NCBI RefSeq assembly: GCF_001194135.2
Contig: NC_068989.1
Span: forward strand, 37,718,883-37,782,850
Length of the DNA: 63,968 nucleotides
Direction of reading: 5' to 3'
From: Octopus bimaculoides
Taxonomy: Eukaryota
In this document: positions 13,397 through 25,944 of the stretch, piece by piece
Layout: every line of letters begins with the position of its first letter
How positions within the stretch are numbered: the stretch's first letter is position 1
The notes under the pieces: model-generated
What the model was told of the DNA's origin: nothing
The model's database searches: none
What the model saw: the letters and a program-made list of their open reading frames with translations, nothing else
Made by a program: the position numbers and the translations under genes

Positions 13397-13480
13397 CGAG
13401 GAGTGTATGAAAAGTTTTGAGCCTTCAAGGCCTCTGAGCCTTGATGTCTTGTACCTTCATCAGAAGTCTTGTACCATATG

Positions 13481-13511
<31 letters not shown>

Positions 13512-13543
13512 TTTGAGGCTCAAGACGTTTTATACACCCCTTG
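13397..13543. mobile_element. Mariner-type MITE (147 bp)
   Basis: TIRs CGAGGAGTGTATGAAAAGTTTTGAGCCT and (reverse complement) CAAGGGGTGTATAAAACGTCTTGAGCCT, with a TA on both flanks. Confidence 0.75.
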
Positions 13544-15581
13544 TATATCTAGGACTACATTATAATTTATGTTCTTTGCAATGGTGTGATTTGAAGGATA
13601 TTTTGCTGCTATATCTACCATATCGAGAGATTAGATAAAGACTCGCGTGTTGGTTCATCCCCTACCAATATGTTACTTATTTAACCACAAGATAGCTCTG
13701 ATCAAGCTGACCAACTATCAAAAATATTAATGTCGTGTATGAGGTGGGGCAAAGTTAGTAAACGGAGTAAAATGAGTAATTTCTAATTTCTTGTTTTTTT
13801 TTCTCCCTATCTGTTTGAGACCATTACATTGCAAATATTGCATCATCATTTTGTATTGCTACATTAAATTTTAAGAGTACAAATTGGTCAATATAAGTGG
13901 CAGGTGCTTTATCTTTAAGAATTTTTTTCTCAAATTTGACCCGATTGTAATTGAGGCTGCTAATAAAATATGTGGATAAATTTTGATGTTTAACATTCAA
14001 TATTATTTTCTCTGTTGGATTCCATGTCAATTTGTTTTTTCCTACACTAATGTCTAATTTGATAATTTTCAAGTTTAAAAAATGCTGTTTAAAATGGGGT
14101 AAAATGAGTAATGACTAATTTCAATAATTTCTTCTCTTTAACTGCATGGTGTGTAGATATATCGGGACGAGAAACACTCCAGTAGATCATGGGAAAGCTA
14201 TAGGGAATATTTTATATTGAGACTTTTTTTTTTCATTTCGTTAATTTCATATCATGTGCTATTTTCCTCCGATCCTCTTTCATTTACCTTATGTTGGCTA
14301 ACTCATTTTGCCCAGCCAAATTTGTTTTTTGTATGCTCTAAGAGAACAGCGATAATTTTCTGAAATTGTGATCAGATCATGTTATAATGTTTTTAATACA
14401 TTTAGGGAAAACCATTTGCTTAGCTGATATAGTTTTTATAAGGTAGTGAATATTTGTAAAAACACATTTTGTCTCAAAGTCAAAAATGTTTTAAAAACTC
14501 CTAATTGTGCCCCCAGCACCCCACCCTACCTTTTTGTATATCTAGGATTACAATATATTGTGTCATTGTGTTCTTTTTAAAGATGGTAGGCTATGTGAGT
14601 AGAGGGAAATCAGACAGTTATTTCTACTACGTAGAGTTGCCACATAAAGATTCCCTTGTTAGTTTGCCCTTCACTGTATTTTTGAAACATAATAATGTCA
14701 AGCTCTTTCGAACGCATACGGCAGGACCTTCTTAATTGGAAAGTTATGATTAAGTCTAAAGTACATTTTAAAATAGACGCTAAATGGGGGCATGTCTCTA
14801 TGTAACTTGAAATGTATTTTGAAAGCTACAGTGTTTTCTTGTTGTTTAACCTCAGGCCAGACTTATGACCAAAGACATTTCATTTGTGACTATCTCATCT
14901 TTTCTTTTTCTTCGACTCGTGCTTCACCGTCACGTACACATGACGATGATCAAAAATAAAAAATTCAAAAGTTCAAATTTTAACTTGGAAAATATGTCAG
15001 AAAAAAAAAAATACCATTTCTCATTCATATTACAATAATAGTTGAAGTAATTAAAAAATATTTTAAGTTGCTTATTATCTAACAATATCTGAATTGTAGA
15101 GACAACAACAAATTTATATAACAACATTACAAGTGGAAAAAAATTACGTTTTTATTCAATTCAATGAACAGAACAACAAATAATACTTTAAATAAGTAAT
15201 TTATTGATGTTTTCGTGTAACGTTTTTCTGTGCCTTGAATTCCGGAATTCTCTCTGTGTATTTCGCTATTGTCTCTCTTCACGATTGTCGAGACAGTATA
15301 GTGTCAGACAAGCGACTTTATTCTATCTTTTATTATATTTCCATTCATATCTAGGATGCATTATAAGAATTTTAGAATCAATACAAGTGCTTGATTAATT
15401 CTTTATTCTATCGAACGGGTGTTCTTGAAGGGATCTGAACATATCGTATAGCAGTTTTCTTGACACTGGTGATTCTGCCAAACTCTGCTTGTTTTATTGA
15501 TCTAGGTTCAAAGTTTTATAGTGTAGGGTGAACTATTAACCATTCCTGATGTTAGCACGTAAATGACGTGTCATTATAAAG

Positions 15582-15792
15582 TCGGCGAGCTGGCAGAGTC
15601 ATACTTACGGTGGAGAAAATGTTTAGCGGCATATATTCCGGCTTTGCGTTCTAAATTCAAATTCCGCCGAGGTAGATTTTGCTTTTCATCCTTTCGGGGT
15701 CGATAAAATAAGTACCAGTTGAGCATTGAGATCGATGTAATCAACTAGCTCTCCTCTCCCCAAATTTCAGGCCTTGTACTTATAGAAGAAAG
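15582..15792 (+). mobile_element. tRNA-derived SINE (GGCGAGCTGGCAGA family)
   Basis: Homologous to copies at 22040-22255, 24075-24443 and 28400-28545. Confidence 0.75.
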
Positions 15793-16112
15793 AAAGAATA
15801 AAATTACATGTTAGTATAAAGAGTGGCAGAATCATTAGATGGACAAATGCTTTCCAGCATTTACATACGGATCGTACATTCTTAGTTCTATCCCTCCGGT
15901 CGTTAAGATAAATAACTAGTCCAGAAGTTTATTTAATTGACTGCATCTTCCGTAAATCTAAGGTCTGAGGTGTTGTGCCTCTGAAGCAATACATAAATAT
16001 TACTATATCATGACATTTATCATAATGCCAGGTTGATGAGTTAAGCTATATAATTCAGCTCCTATAGAAGTTAAAAATGAGTTCAGATGTAATGTAATAT
16101 AATAATATATTA

Positions 16113-16169
<57 letters not shown>

Positions 16170-16180
16170 CATATATATAG

Positions 16181-16660
16181 ATGTCGAGACATGATGATGT
16201 TGATGTCGCTAAAACAATATAGAATGCCATCTTAAAGACCCCCGCCTGTTATAGAACACATACATAAACCTTAACACAAGGAATATTGGTGAAATATTTC
16301 CCTCAAAACTTCTAACAAGTACAAACATAACAGGCCGGATATTGTTGTTTGGGACTGACAAGAAAAAGTTTGTACCGTCATAGAAATTAGCTGCTCTGCT
16401 GATGTGAATATCTTTTCAAAAACATCAAAGGGAAAAGGCAACAACTGCTTCGAAACTTCCAGCTTCTATACCCAGAATATAAATTCACATTTATATCAAG
16501 AATCACTACTGTACTAGGTTATGTGAATAAATATTTAAGTGACAATTTGGATAAGCTGGGGTTTTCAGAAAAGAAACCAACCAGTTAATTTACACATTAT
16601 GGATACAATCTGTAAGCGGAACTGTTAAAATATGCAAGATATTTCTTTAGTTCAAAATGC
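16181..16660 (+). mobile_element. R4/Dong-like non-LTR retrotransposon, RLE endonuclease remnant
   Basis: Translates to SRHDDV...HNRPDIVVWD*QEKVCTVIEISC...LLRNFQLLYPEYKF, matching the RHD and RPD...E motifs. It has stops and frameshifts. Confidence 0.75.
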
Positions 16661-17999
16661 GAATTTTTGTTATTTACATTCCAACGATAGAGCTTTGTAT
16701 CTTTGTTAGAAACCAGCTCCTTCTTTACATGAATATTTCAAGCAATTAAAAATTGAAGAGAACGCACATATATACGCAGACATACATAAAAATATGAAAC
16801 GCTCAATTTCGAAGGGGTATCTCGTCAGTGGCTCGACCTATATAGAAATAGTAGTGAAATAACTCTCAAACTACACTACTTTCTTTTAAAAGAAAGTGTG
16901 TGCATGCCACTTACACATATGCGAGTGAATGTGGATATACAGCCACCGTAAGCAGACGCGTGAATATGTACTTTTGTGTGGTGCATAATGCACATGTGCT
17001 TGACTTCATGTTTGTCTCCCCACAGAAGATGTCATACTCGGTGCATACGTTCGGGGATTTTAGCGAATTAATTCAATTGTTAAATACCAAGTGCAATAAA
17101 CTTGTAGCAAGAACCTAGTTGAGATTCGAAACATAGTTTTCAGACTTGCCTAATCTAGAACCACAAACTATTTGTTCCTAATAAAAGAAAAGAGTTGAAT
17201 AAAAGGTATAAACACTTACGAGAATACTATTTGACCAATGAGCACTGAGTGACTTATGAGAGAGGCGTCAATCTCTGAGGACGTGTGAAAGTTCTCTCAC
17301 CAATCGTATTCTATAAAATCCTGGGTCGACACTTATTTAAAGGCGAGCTAATTCAACTTTCGAGATTTATGCGGATGGGTCATTCTATCCCGTAAAGCAG
17401 TCTGTCATCTTTCTCTCCTATTCATACATCCTAAATTCGGAGTGTTAATTAACAAATATATTCATTATATGTAGTGATTCACAATGCTCTCTACCACTTT
17501 CACAACATTAATTAATTGGATATAAACTCAGTGAGGCGGGTAAATAAAATATTTGGAAACTCAAATTTTAACGTGGTTTTATTTTTGAAGCACACAACCT
17601 ACCTGACATTGAGAACAGCTAAAGAAGATAGGACCACAAATCACACTAAAAGTAATAGAAAGTTTATTTTTTAACCAGGAGGCTCTAGTCTATCGCAAAT
17701 CAATCATCAGCAACACGTTCAAGGATTTTAGTGGTAGTAGTATAGTAGTCGTAAACTGTTATTTATACGGTCGAAAAGAGCACTCATCCACCTCAGAGAC
17801 TTCGATCTCGATTTCTGTTGCTAATAAAGGAAAATTAATTAATACGTATTTTCCTATTATTATACAGTCTGGTGATAAAGGTGGTGGTGGTGGTGATGAT
17901 AGCGGTGGTAATTTTTATTGATTGCGTTATTCTATTTTATACTACTGCAATTGGTGAACAATAGCACCGTTAGTTGCAAATTATTAACGGTCTAATCAT

Positions 18000-18420
18000 T
18001 TGATCACTTCATTTCTGACTGTGAGAGTGGATTTGTTCCTATTAAACTCATCAAAAAGTCCTGGCTTTACGTTGTAGGCTATTGACTGTGACGGTATTGA
18101 CTCTTGAAAAGAGGTACAAATCAAGATAATTACCATCTTCATTTCTTTCAAAGCTTCGTGAAATCAAGCTTCAGAGTTACAATTCCTTTCGGTTTCCTGG
18201 TGAGCTCTATTCTTCTTCACTTTTATTCAGTAAGGTTTTTGTAATACGGTTTCTGTTAGTTTACTAAGCGGCTGTTTGTTCCTGCTTCGCTTTCATTTAA
18301 TCGGTCTTCGGTTACACGGTTTCTTTTAGCTATGAGGCTGATATTTCTTTGTTCTTCAGTTTTAACTTCACGGTGATATTGTTTCTTTCACAATCATCTA
18401 CTCTCCTATAATTTCTTGGT
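18000..18420 (-). pseudogene. Possible decayed Helitron-type ORF N-terminus
   Basis: Broken E/R/K-rich frames (KTEEQRNISLIAKRNRVTEDRL...FHEALKEM). The family assignment rests on resemblance only. Confidence 0.25.
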
Positions 18421-18970
18421 GTTACAGCAATTTTAATGTTCAATAAAAGTTCTAAATGCTAGATTTCTTTTCTAAATTTTTTGAAGGTTATAAAAAGGAT
18501 CATATTAAGACCAACTTTTCATGGGAAGCCTAATGCTGAGTGATAGCTATACTTCTATGGGGTCAAACCAGTTAAGTTGAAATTATAGGTTTTTAAATAT
18601 TTCCGACTTGCACACGCTAATGTGATGTAAAATTACAAATTTACATATCTTTAATGTCAGTGATTCACAAACACTGCAATTGTTTCCAGAGCACCGATAA
18701 AAATATTTTGCCGTTTGTTCCGACTCTTCACATTCTGAGGTCTAGCACTGGGATCGATGCTATCAACTAATCTCTCTAAATTGCTTGTCTTGTACCTAAA
18801 TCAAAAGCATCGTCATAAAAGAGACCTGCTGTTTCATTGTCAGTTATTGACTGAGAATGCAAAGTAATAGCAGCCTTTTTCTTTTGTTTCAAAGTTTATA
18901 GCGTTTCTTTCTCTCTTTCTAACATGTATACATTACATATGTAGTGGATATATATATATACATATGTAGT

Positions 18971-19004
<34 letters not shown>

Positions 19005-20122
19005 TACGTATGTCGTGGATTTATATATACATTACGTATGTAGTGGATATATATATAGTTGATATCCACTACATATCTAATGTCTATATATATACATATA
19101 TATAGACATTAGATGTGTAGTGGATATCAACTCATGACTGAATAAAGCCACATCTTAAACACAGTAAGTCGGTGCAAAAGTTCCGAGTGTCCAAGAAATT
19201 CTGATGCGTGAATTTGAACCCATTTCTTTAGAGCAATCAACTATAAAACCAGTGGCACAACATAAGTAAAGACAACTCAGAACCACATGCAATTCAGGTT
19301 TTTGTATGAGTTTACCTTCGCCTAGAAGAAAGTGCTAACAAAAACTGGCGTAGGGGGTCCCTTCACTCCCAGTAGTTCACATGCTAGTTAACCCATAGCT
19401 AGAACCCTCTTCTGGGTCAGTGTACACCTGGAAACAATACTGACTAAGAGGTGGTTTCACACACCTTAATCCCTAGACCACAACTGTAACTATCACCATT
19501 AGTACAATCACCACCACAGTCAGTTGACCTGTTGACTACATCAATACAAATAAATAAATAAATAAATATATATATAAAATAGCGAACCTATCAGTGATTA
19601 AACCAAAACACCAGGCTGGGATGAACACCACTAAACATATACATGAAGTGAACAGTAACTGTAGCTCGTTTACAGAGTTCACGTTGCTAATTTCCGCTGT
19701 GTCTTAACACAAACATCTGTAGGCATACAGAAACATTGTGGGTACTGAGAGCGTAGAATATGGCCATCTCATACAATCAAATATTGCCAGTCAGAAAATG
19801 AAGTATAATCACCAACATAGTTTCATATCTGGGGGCTAGTTCGCTTCACCAACCCGTACGGGTAACAGCTTCAATAAAGCTGCAAAGGAATGTCAGCCTT
19901 TGGATATATAGATATTGCAGTTGATTTAATCAACTAAATGTACATAACTGCTACCTCAAAGGACACTAGGACACTTATCCTGAGGAAACACGTGTCGGCT
20001 TGGAATTTGACGAGAATAGTACTTTAATAAATAAATTTCGAAGACGTATAATTCTCCATTCCTCTTTATGATGTCTTGATTATATCTGTCTGTCTGTCTG
20101 TATGTCTGTCTATCTGTGTATG

Positions 20123-20184
<62 letters not shown>

Positions 20185-21774
20185 AATGTGTGTGTATATA
20201 TAATATAATATATATACACACACACACACACGTGTGTGTGTGTATCATCCCTTCTTTCACACTTGTTTTACGTTTATTCTTTCTTTCTTTCTCTTTTCTT
20301 TATTCTCTCACACGGTCTTTCGCTTTCTTACCCGTCAATCCTCTTTATCACCCGCTAACCTTCTTCCATCAAAGACTTAACACGCACACTTTCTCAGTGA
20401 TACTGTTGCCTTTCCGTACCTTCTCCACCTATTTCACCTCTGTTCTTATCCTTTCCTCTACCTGTGCGTGCAGCTGTGCATTACAAATCTTATTGATTGG
20501 TTTTCTCAGATTTTTCCTATTAAAAAATTATTTAAACCCAACACCGAAACAAAGACAACACATGAAAACAAATATGATCTCCAGGTCAAATTACCCCAGT
20601 ATGCCAAATTTCTTTATTGTTGGTAACCTCCACTGGGTTTCTATCGGAGAGAGAGAGAAAGAGGAGGGGCAGACAGACGTAAGGAGACAGAGAAAGAAAA
20701 GGGAAGAACGATAGCGCAAATTTGTGTAGGATTACTGTTTTGGTTTTAAAGGATTATGCCGTTCTATCACTAGGTTTTTTAAAGACCTCGTCTGCAGAGG
20801 GTTTTAAATTAGAATGAGAGTAAAATTTGGCCCTCGAGGGGAAATTTTTGCGAGGATATTCTTCACTTCTGGCGTAGAAGATTCTTTGCTGGCTTGTGAA
20901 ACAATAGTGAATGCATTTTCATATTTGCTCTTTCTATATGGTATATCTTGAGTACGTTTCGCTGTCGTATGTATGTATGTATTAAGGAGGGAGATAATTT
21001 CGAAAAATCACGCATTTTTCATGTAGAATTTAAGCGAGCTGTTCGAAAACGCACCACCAGTGTAGTAAATGAGAGCAGCTTGGTCTGCAATATCTGCGGG
21101 TGTGCATTTTTATCAAACAATTATAAATCAGGATTGACAAAATCGTAAAAGCATTGAACAAAACGCCTGAAGTAGTTAGTTACGCCCATTTAATTCTTCG
21201 TTGAAATCCATCTAAATTTCGACTTTGCCTTTCTTTCTTGTCAGCAAAGTGCTGAAGTCCTCATGATGCATCATAGATATGAATGGAACTAAAAAAAAGG
21301 AAAAGAACTCTACTAGAGGCAATAAGCCCGTAAATTAATAGCTGATTAGCTATTTTGTCGATAGGATGAAAGACAAATTCGCCTCCGGAGACATTTGAAC
21401 TTATGATGTAATGAGAACGTAACCAACCACTCCAAGACGTTTCGAACCAAGGAGAGAGCTTCTTTGTGATTGCTTAGCGTTCAAGAAATAGCAGCAAAAT
21501 TTCCCGCCTTAAAAAAGAAAAGGACATATTGGATAAGACACTTTGTATGGAAAAGGAATAGGAGGGGTTGCCTTTGCAAGAATGTCTTTGATCATTGGTT
21601 TGTTCAATTAAGGCCGATCTGGGGCGAAACAAAGACAAATACCAAAAAGTTTTGAGTTTAATATTCTGCCATTTCTCTCTCTCTATTGCCTTTTATTGTC
21701 GTCATCATCATCTTCATCATCGTCGGTATTAATTTATCATTTCGACATTAACTTACAAGCTTACAGGAAATATA

Positions 21775-21810
<36 letters not shown>

Positions 21811-21981
21811 TTACAAATTAAAAGGGTAAAGGTTTATCAATTTATGTGGTGAAGCAAATATTTGCTGATCCCTTAATTATGNNNNNNNNNNNNNNNNNNN
21901 NNNNNNNNNNNNNNNNNNNNNNNNNNNNNNNNNNNNNNNNNNNNNNNNNNNNNNNNNNNNNNNNNNNNNNNNNNTATATAT

Positions 21982-22012
<31 letters not shown>

Positions 22013-22039
22013 GTCGTTTGAATCGATCAGAGTATATTA

Positions 22040-22255
22040 TTCTTTTCTACTCTAGGCACAAGTACCGAAATTTTGGGGGTAGGGGGGGAGTCGATTAGAT
22101 CGACCCAGTACGCAACTGGTACTTAATTTATCGACCCCGAAAAGATGAAAGGTAAAGCCGGCATCGGCGGAATTTGAACTCAGAACGTAAAGACAGACGA
22201 AACACCACTAAGCATTTCGCCCGGCCTGCTAACGATTCTGCCAGCTCACCGCCTT
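22040..22255 (-). mobile_element. tRNA-derived SINE (GGCGGTGAGCTGGCAGA family), well preserved
   Basis: Reverse complement of the 15582 family, including the AGTAGAAAAGAAT tail. Confidence 0.8.
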
Positions 22256-24074
22256 GACCAGAGTATATTATTGCTACTTATTCTAACGTCCCCATCCCAA
22301 CAGGGTTTGATCTCAGAACATGAAGTATCGTAACTATATATTGCAAAGCATTTAGTATGTCAATCTACCCCTATTACTTTTGACACTCTACCACCCCTGT
22401 CTTCATCGATACCTCTACATCTAGCATCATCAACAGAATCATTATCAGTACCATACTATCATTTCGTATTACTACCATTTCCAGTTAACTCCAACTACCA
22501 CAGCGACCACCACACCATCACCCTCTACCTTTCTGTCATCACCATCACCAGCGTTGTTAAATCTACTACTACTACTACTACTACGATCCGACACATTTGT
22601 GTTATTCATATACGTTTTTAAATGTATCTTTCATTGAATATTTTCTGTAATCTGTCGCATAGATAACCAGTTAATCAATCACTAAAATCTGCTGTTGCTT
22701 GTTCTGCTGTTGTTGCTGCTGCTGCTCTTCGCCTCCGCATTCTCTCTGTTTCTCTTCTTAAACATTCTTAAGCAAAATTCGATTGTTAAAGTAGAGGGTG
22801 GGTGTCGGTTTTCTTCAATAAATGGTTGTTGAGAAGAAAGACTTTCAGTAAAATATTTTGATGCTTGGAAATTATTCGTAAAATAAATTTTGCAAGGTTG
22901 TTAGTATTAGATCAGTTGATATCTCTCACTTGCAAGATATTTTACAAATTTAGGTCAGCACGAAATTCAAAAAGAAAAATCGTTTTTAATCCCCACAAGT
23001 CCACTAATTAGAGTAAATGGACGTTCATGGAGAAAAACACGACTGGAACGAAACACTGGGCAGTGATTTCGTTGAAGACTAATAATACATTTTTCAAACA
23101 GATAATTTCTTAGAAGATCAGTGTTCTATATCATGCATACCTTTTTCTGGGAAAGAAACGAAGCTCGATCACTGATTTGGTTAGCCAGGAACTTACCTTT
23201 TATCATATTTCTAAATCATTATTTGATAGTATACACAAAATGAAGTGAATAAAGCATAACACAACAAAATCATAACTTCGAAGCTACAGCGTACAGTTCG
23301 TTGTCTATGCTGAATATTTAATTCTATATTCCTCATTCCACCTATCTGTTTGAAATATCTTCTAGGAATGTTATCTTTGATAGATTGATAGGTATCTCTG
23401 ATTTGTTTGAATACCACCTGAAGCATTAACTTTCTCAACGTTCGTACTCAAATTTTAGCATCCTTTTTGTACACTCCCCTCCCAACTAATTCACTGACCC
23501 TCACATGCCACATGTCTTTCGCCCCATCTATCATTCTCTTCATCAGGATCCACCATACTGTTTCTTCATTTCAATTCCTTCTTCTTGAATCTGTCTATCA
23601 CTGAAGAGACAACACAACTTTCTGTCTCTTCCTTCTTCTCAAACAAATGAAAATTGTCTGAAACCTTAAATTCTTTACGCCTTATGGCAATAGAATTTAT
23701 CGAAACTGAAGATGGATCTTCAGTTTCTTCGGTTCCTGATTTTTGCCTGTTTGTGAAGTGACAGACATTATGGAGATAACTGCCTTAAAATTGGGTTAAT
23801 AACCAGCGTTTATAAGGCCTACAGGGGTTCTTCGATACATTTACACATCTCATTTCCTCTTGCAATTCATTGAAAGTTTCCGAAAAACATCAGAATGTGA
23901 CACAATGTACGTCAAAATGTAAATAGAAAGCTCAATAAATGCAACTTATTGCCAATGTAGAAAGCATTCTCTGTCATAATATGTTTAAATTGTATGTGAA
24001 GTGTGGCAACCCTATCTACTAAACTATTTTCTATCCAGACTGAATATTGGTTTCAAATGTTTGGCGCAACGCCA

Positions 24075-24443
24075 ACAAATTCGTGGGAGGGGATAAGTCG
24101 ATTACATCGACCGCAGTGCTCAGCTGGTACTTATATTATCGACTCCGAAATGATGAGAAGCAAAGTTGACCCTAGCGGAAGAGAAGACAGACGAAACGCC
24201 GCTAAGCATTTTGCCCGACGTGCTTAACGATTCTTTTCTACTATAGGTACAAGGCCTGAAATTTGGTGGGAGGGAGCCAGTCAATTTGATCGACCCCCAG
24301 TACACAACTTAATTTATCGACCCCGAAAGGATGAAAGGCAAAGTTGATCTCAGCGGAATGTGAACTCAGAACGGAGCGACGGGGGCGAAATGCTGCTAAG
24401 CACTTTGACCGGCGTGCTAACGATTCTGCCAGCTTGCTGCCTT
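24075..24443 (-). mobile_element. Two abutting copies of the same SINE family
   Basis: The TTATCGACYCCGAAA body occurs twice, with the junction at AACGATTCT (about 24226-24234). Confidence 0.75.
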
Positions 24444-24749
24444 ATCTAGACTAAATAATAACGTCACAATATCACTGATATCTTTATTAATAAACTGGAC
24501 GAGAGTATTCTCATCAAAAACATTGAGTATGTCTCCAATCAGTGGGAAGTATTTTTCTACTGCCAGAGGAGTATCGGGAATGCAGAAAATACTTTCTAAT
24601 ATTGCAAAGCCTGTAAGATTCTAACCTTTTAAATATGCAACAGAATCTGCTTCCTTGCCAAGAATATCTCAGTCAACCGGACAGAATCCTTCTACACATC
24701 ACTCTTCAACTAAGGTTATATCACTTCTAGAAAAAAAAAATCAGTATTT

Positions 24750-25540
24750 ACTCATTATATTGTTTCCAACTCCACACTATAAAGGCAATACTATCTTCCA
24801 CGTTACTAATCTCACCGCTCTGTACACACAGTCAACAGGTCTGTAAAGGTCTCCAATCACAACCACCTAATATGGAGTCCTTGTTCCATCTAGAACTCTT
24901 AACTGTCACCGCCAAACTCTTCGATCTTTCCCTTTCTACATGGAAATTTCCCACTCCGTGGAAACATTCGACATTGTTTTACAACTAAGAAAGGAAATCT
25001 TTTCGATTTTGTTAGCTATTGATCAGTTTCATTCACTTGACTACCTAACACGTGATGATGAGTGTTATAAACAACAATGAGCTTCATACTTTCAAGTCTC
25101 CTCCACATGACTATTGATGAATTTTTCTGATGAGCTATATCCACTGTAAACTACTTACCCTTTTACATCATGCATCACCGGTCACTTGTCGTAGAGAAGT
25201 TCGGTGAAAACGCAGTTAACATTGTTTTGGTCGAATTTCTCAAGTTAACATTACCAAAACATATGAGTACTTCTGTTACGAGAATCTTCTAATCTACATT
25301 TCTCATCTACAGGATCTAACTCTCGTTTTACAGCCCGTTCTATAGCAGCAATAGTAGGGCTCTCACCAATCTACATACCAACTGTGGTATACTTGAAGGT
25401 TCGTTTATGCATTTCAGTTTTCCCTCTTGCTGATGTTTCTACTCCAAACGCTTTATTAGTCTTAAACAGAACCGTCTTCCATAAGCAATTTGGTGCACAG
25501 TTCACTAGACTTTCACTATTTCCATCAAAAACATTTTTCA
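24750..25540 (+). mobile_element. Heavily decayed CR1/Jockey-group LINE, RT region
   Basis: Broken frames recall KLFDLSLSTWKFPTPWK..., VEKFGE...FSK, ARSIA and G-x-x-x-GS. Confidence 0.55.
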
Positions 25541-25944
25541 ACGTGGCAACCTAGTTCCTTACAACACTAAGATGTGAAGAAAAAGGAAAAAGAAAAAGAG
25601 TATAATGGCCATTTTACACTAGATACATAAATGATTCATTTGTCAGGAAATTTACACGTTCTTAGAACTAATCTGTCTCTCGGTTTAACACTTCGATCTT
25701 TCAGTCCCTTGAGTGCAAACGTTCAGATCAGATTTCCTATATGAACATAACGCACTACGTTGAGCTACCTCTTACTACAGCTAACGAAGAAGCCTTCACC
25801 TGGTTGTTCAACCTACAAGAAATAGCATCCGATTGTCTTGGGATAGGAAAAGACGTACTGGATAATGCCTGTGGTCCGAAAGTGTGAAAAGACAGAATAT
25901 TCATGGTTCCAATGTTTTTCATTATATGTCTGTTCTATCAAGAA

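Noticed and set aside
13741-14520. Possible pogo-like MITE with GGGGCA(A/C)A(G/A)TTAG ends
   Set aside because: The terminal match is too short and no TSD is clear.
17225-17330. Promoter-like motif cluster (two CCAAT, GGCGTCA, TATAAAA)
   Set aside because: Short motifs in AT-rich DNA, with no linked exon or TSS evidence.
22670-22865. Minus-strand open frames (SKYFTESLSSQQPF... or RRETERMRRRRAAAA)
   Set aside because: Two competing frames run through a CAG/CAA low-complexity tract, so an exon cannot be distinguished from a transposon relic.
23490-23550. Minus-strand CTGATGA...GAAA-GACATG-TGG-CATGT
   Set aside because: Stem II does not pair and the cleavage triplet is not NUH.
25379-25550. 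57-codon open minus-strand frame (VATLKNVFDG...) with a gtatgt donor
   Set aside because: It is antisense to the decayed LINE RT. The stronger upstream acceptor (exon start 25566) puts a stop in this frame.
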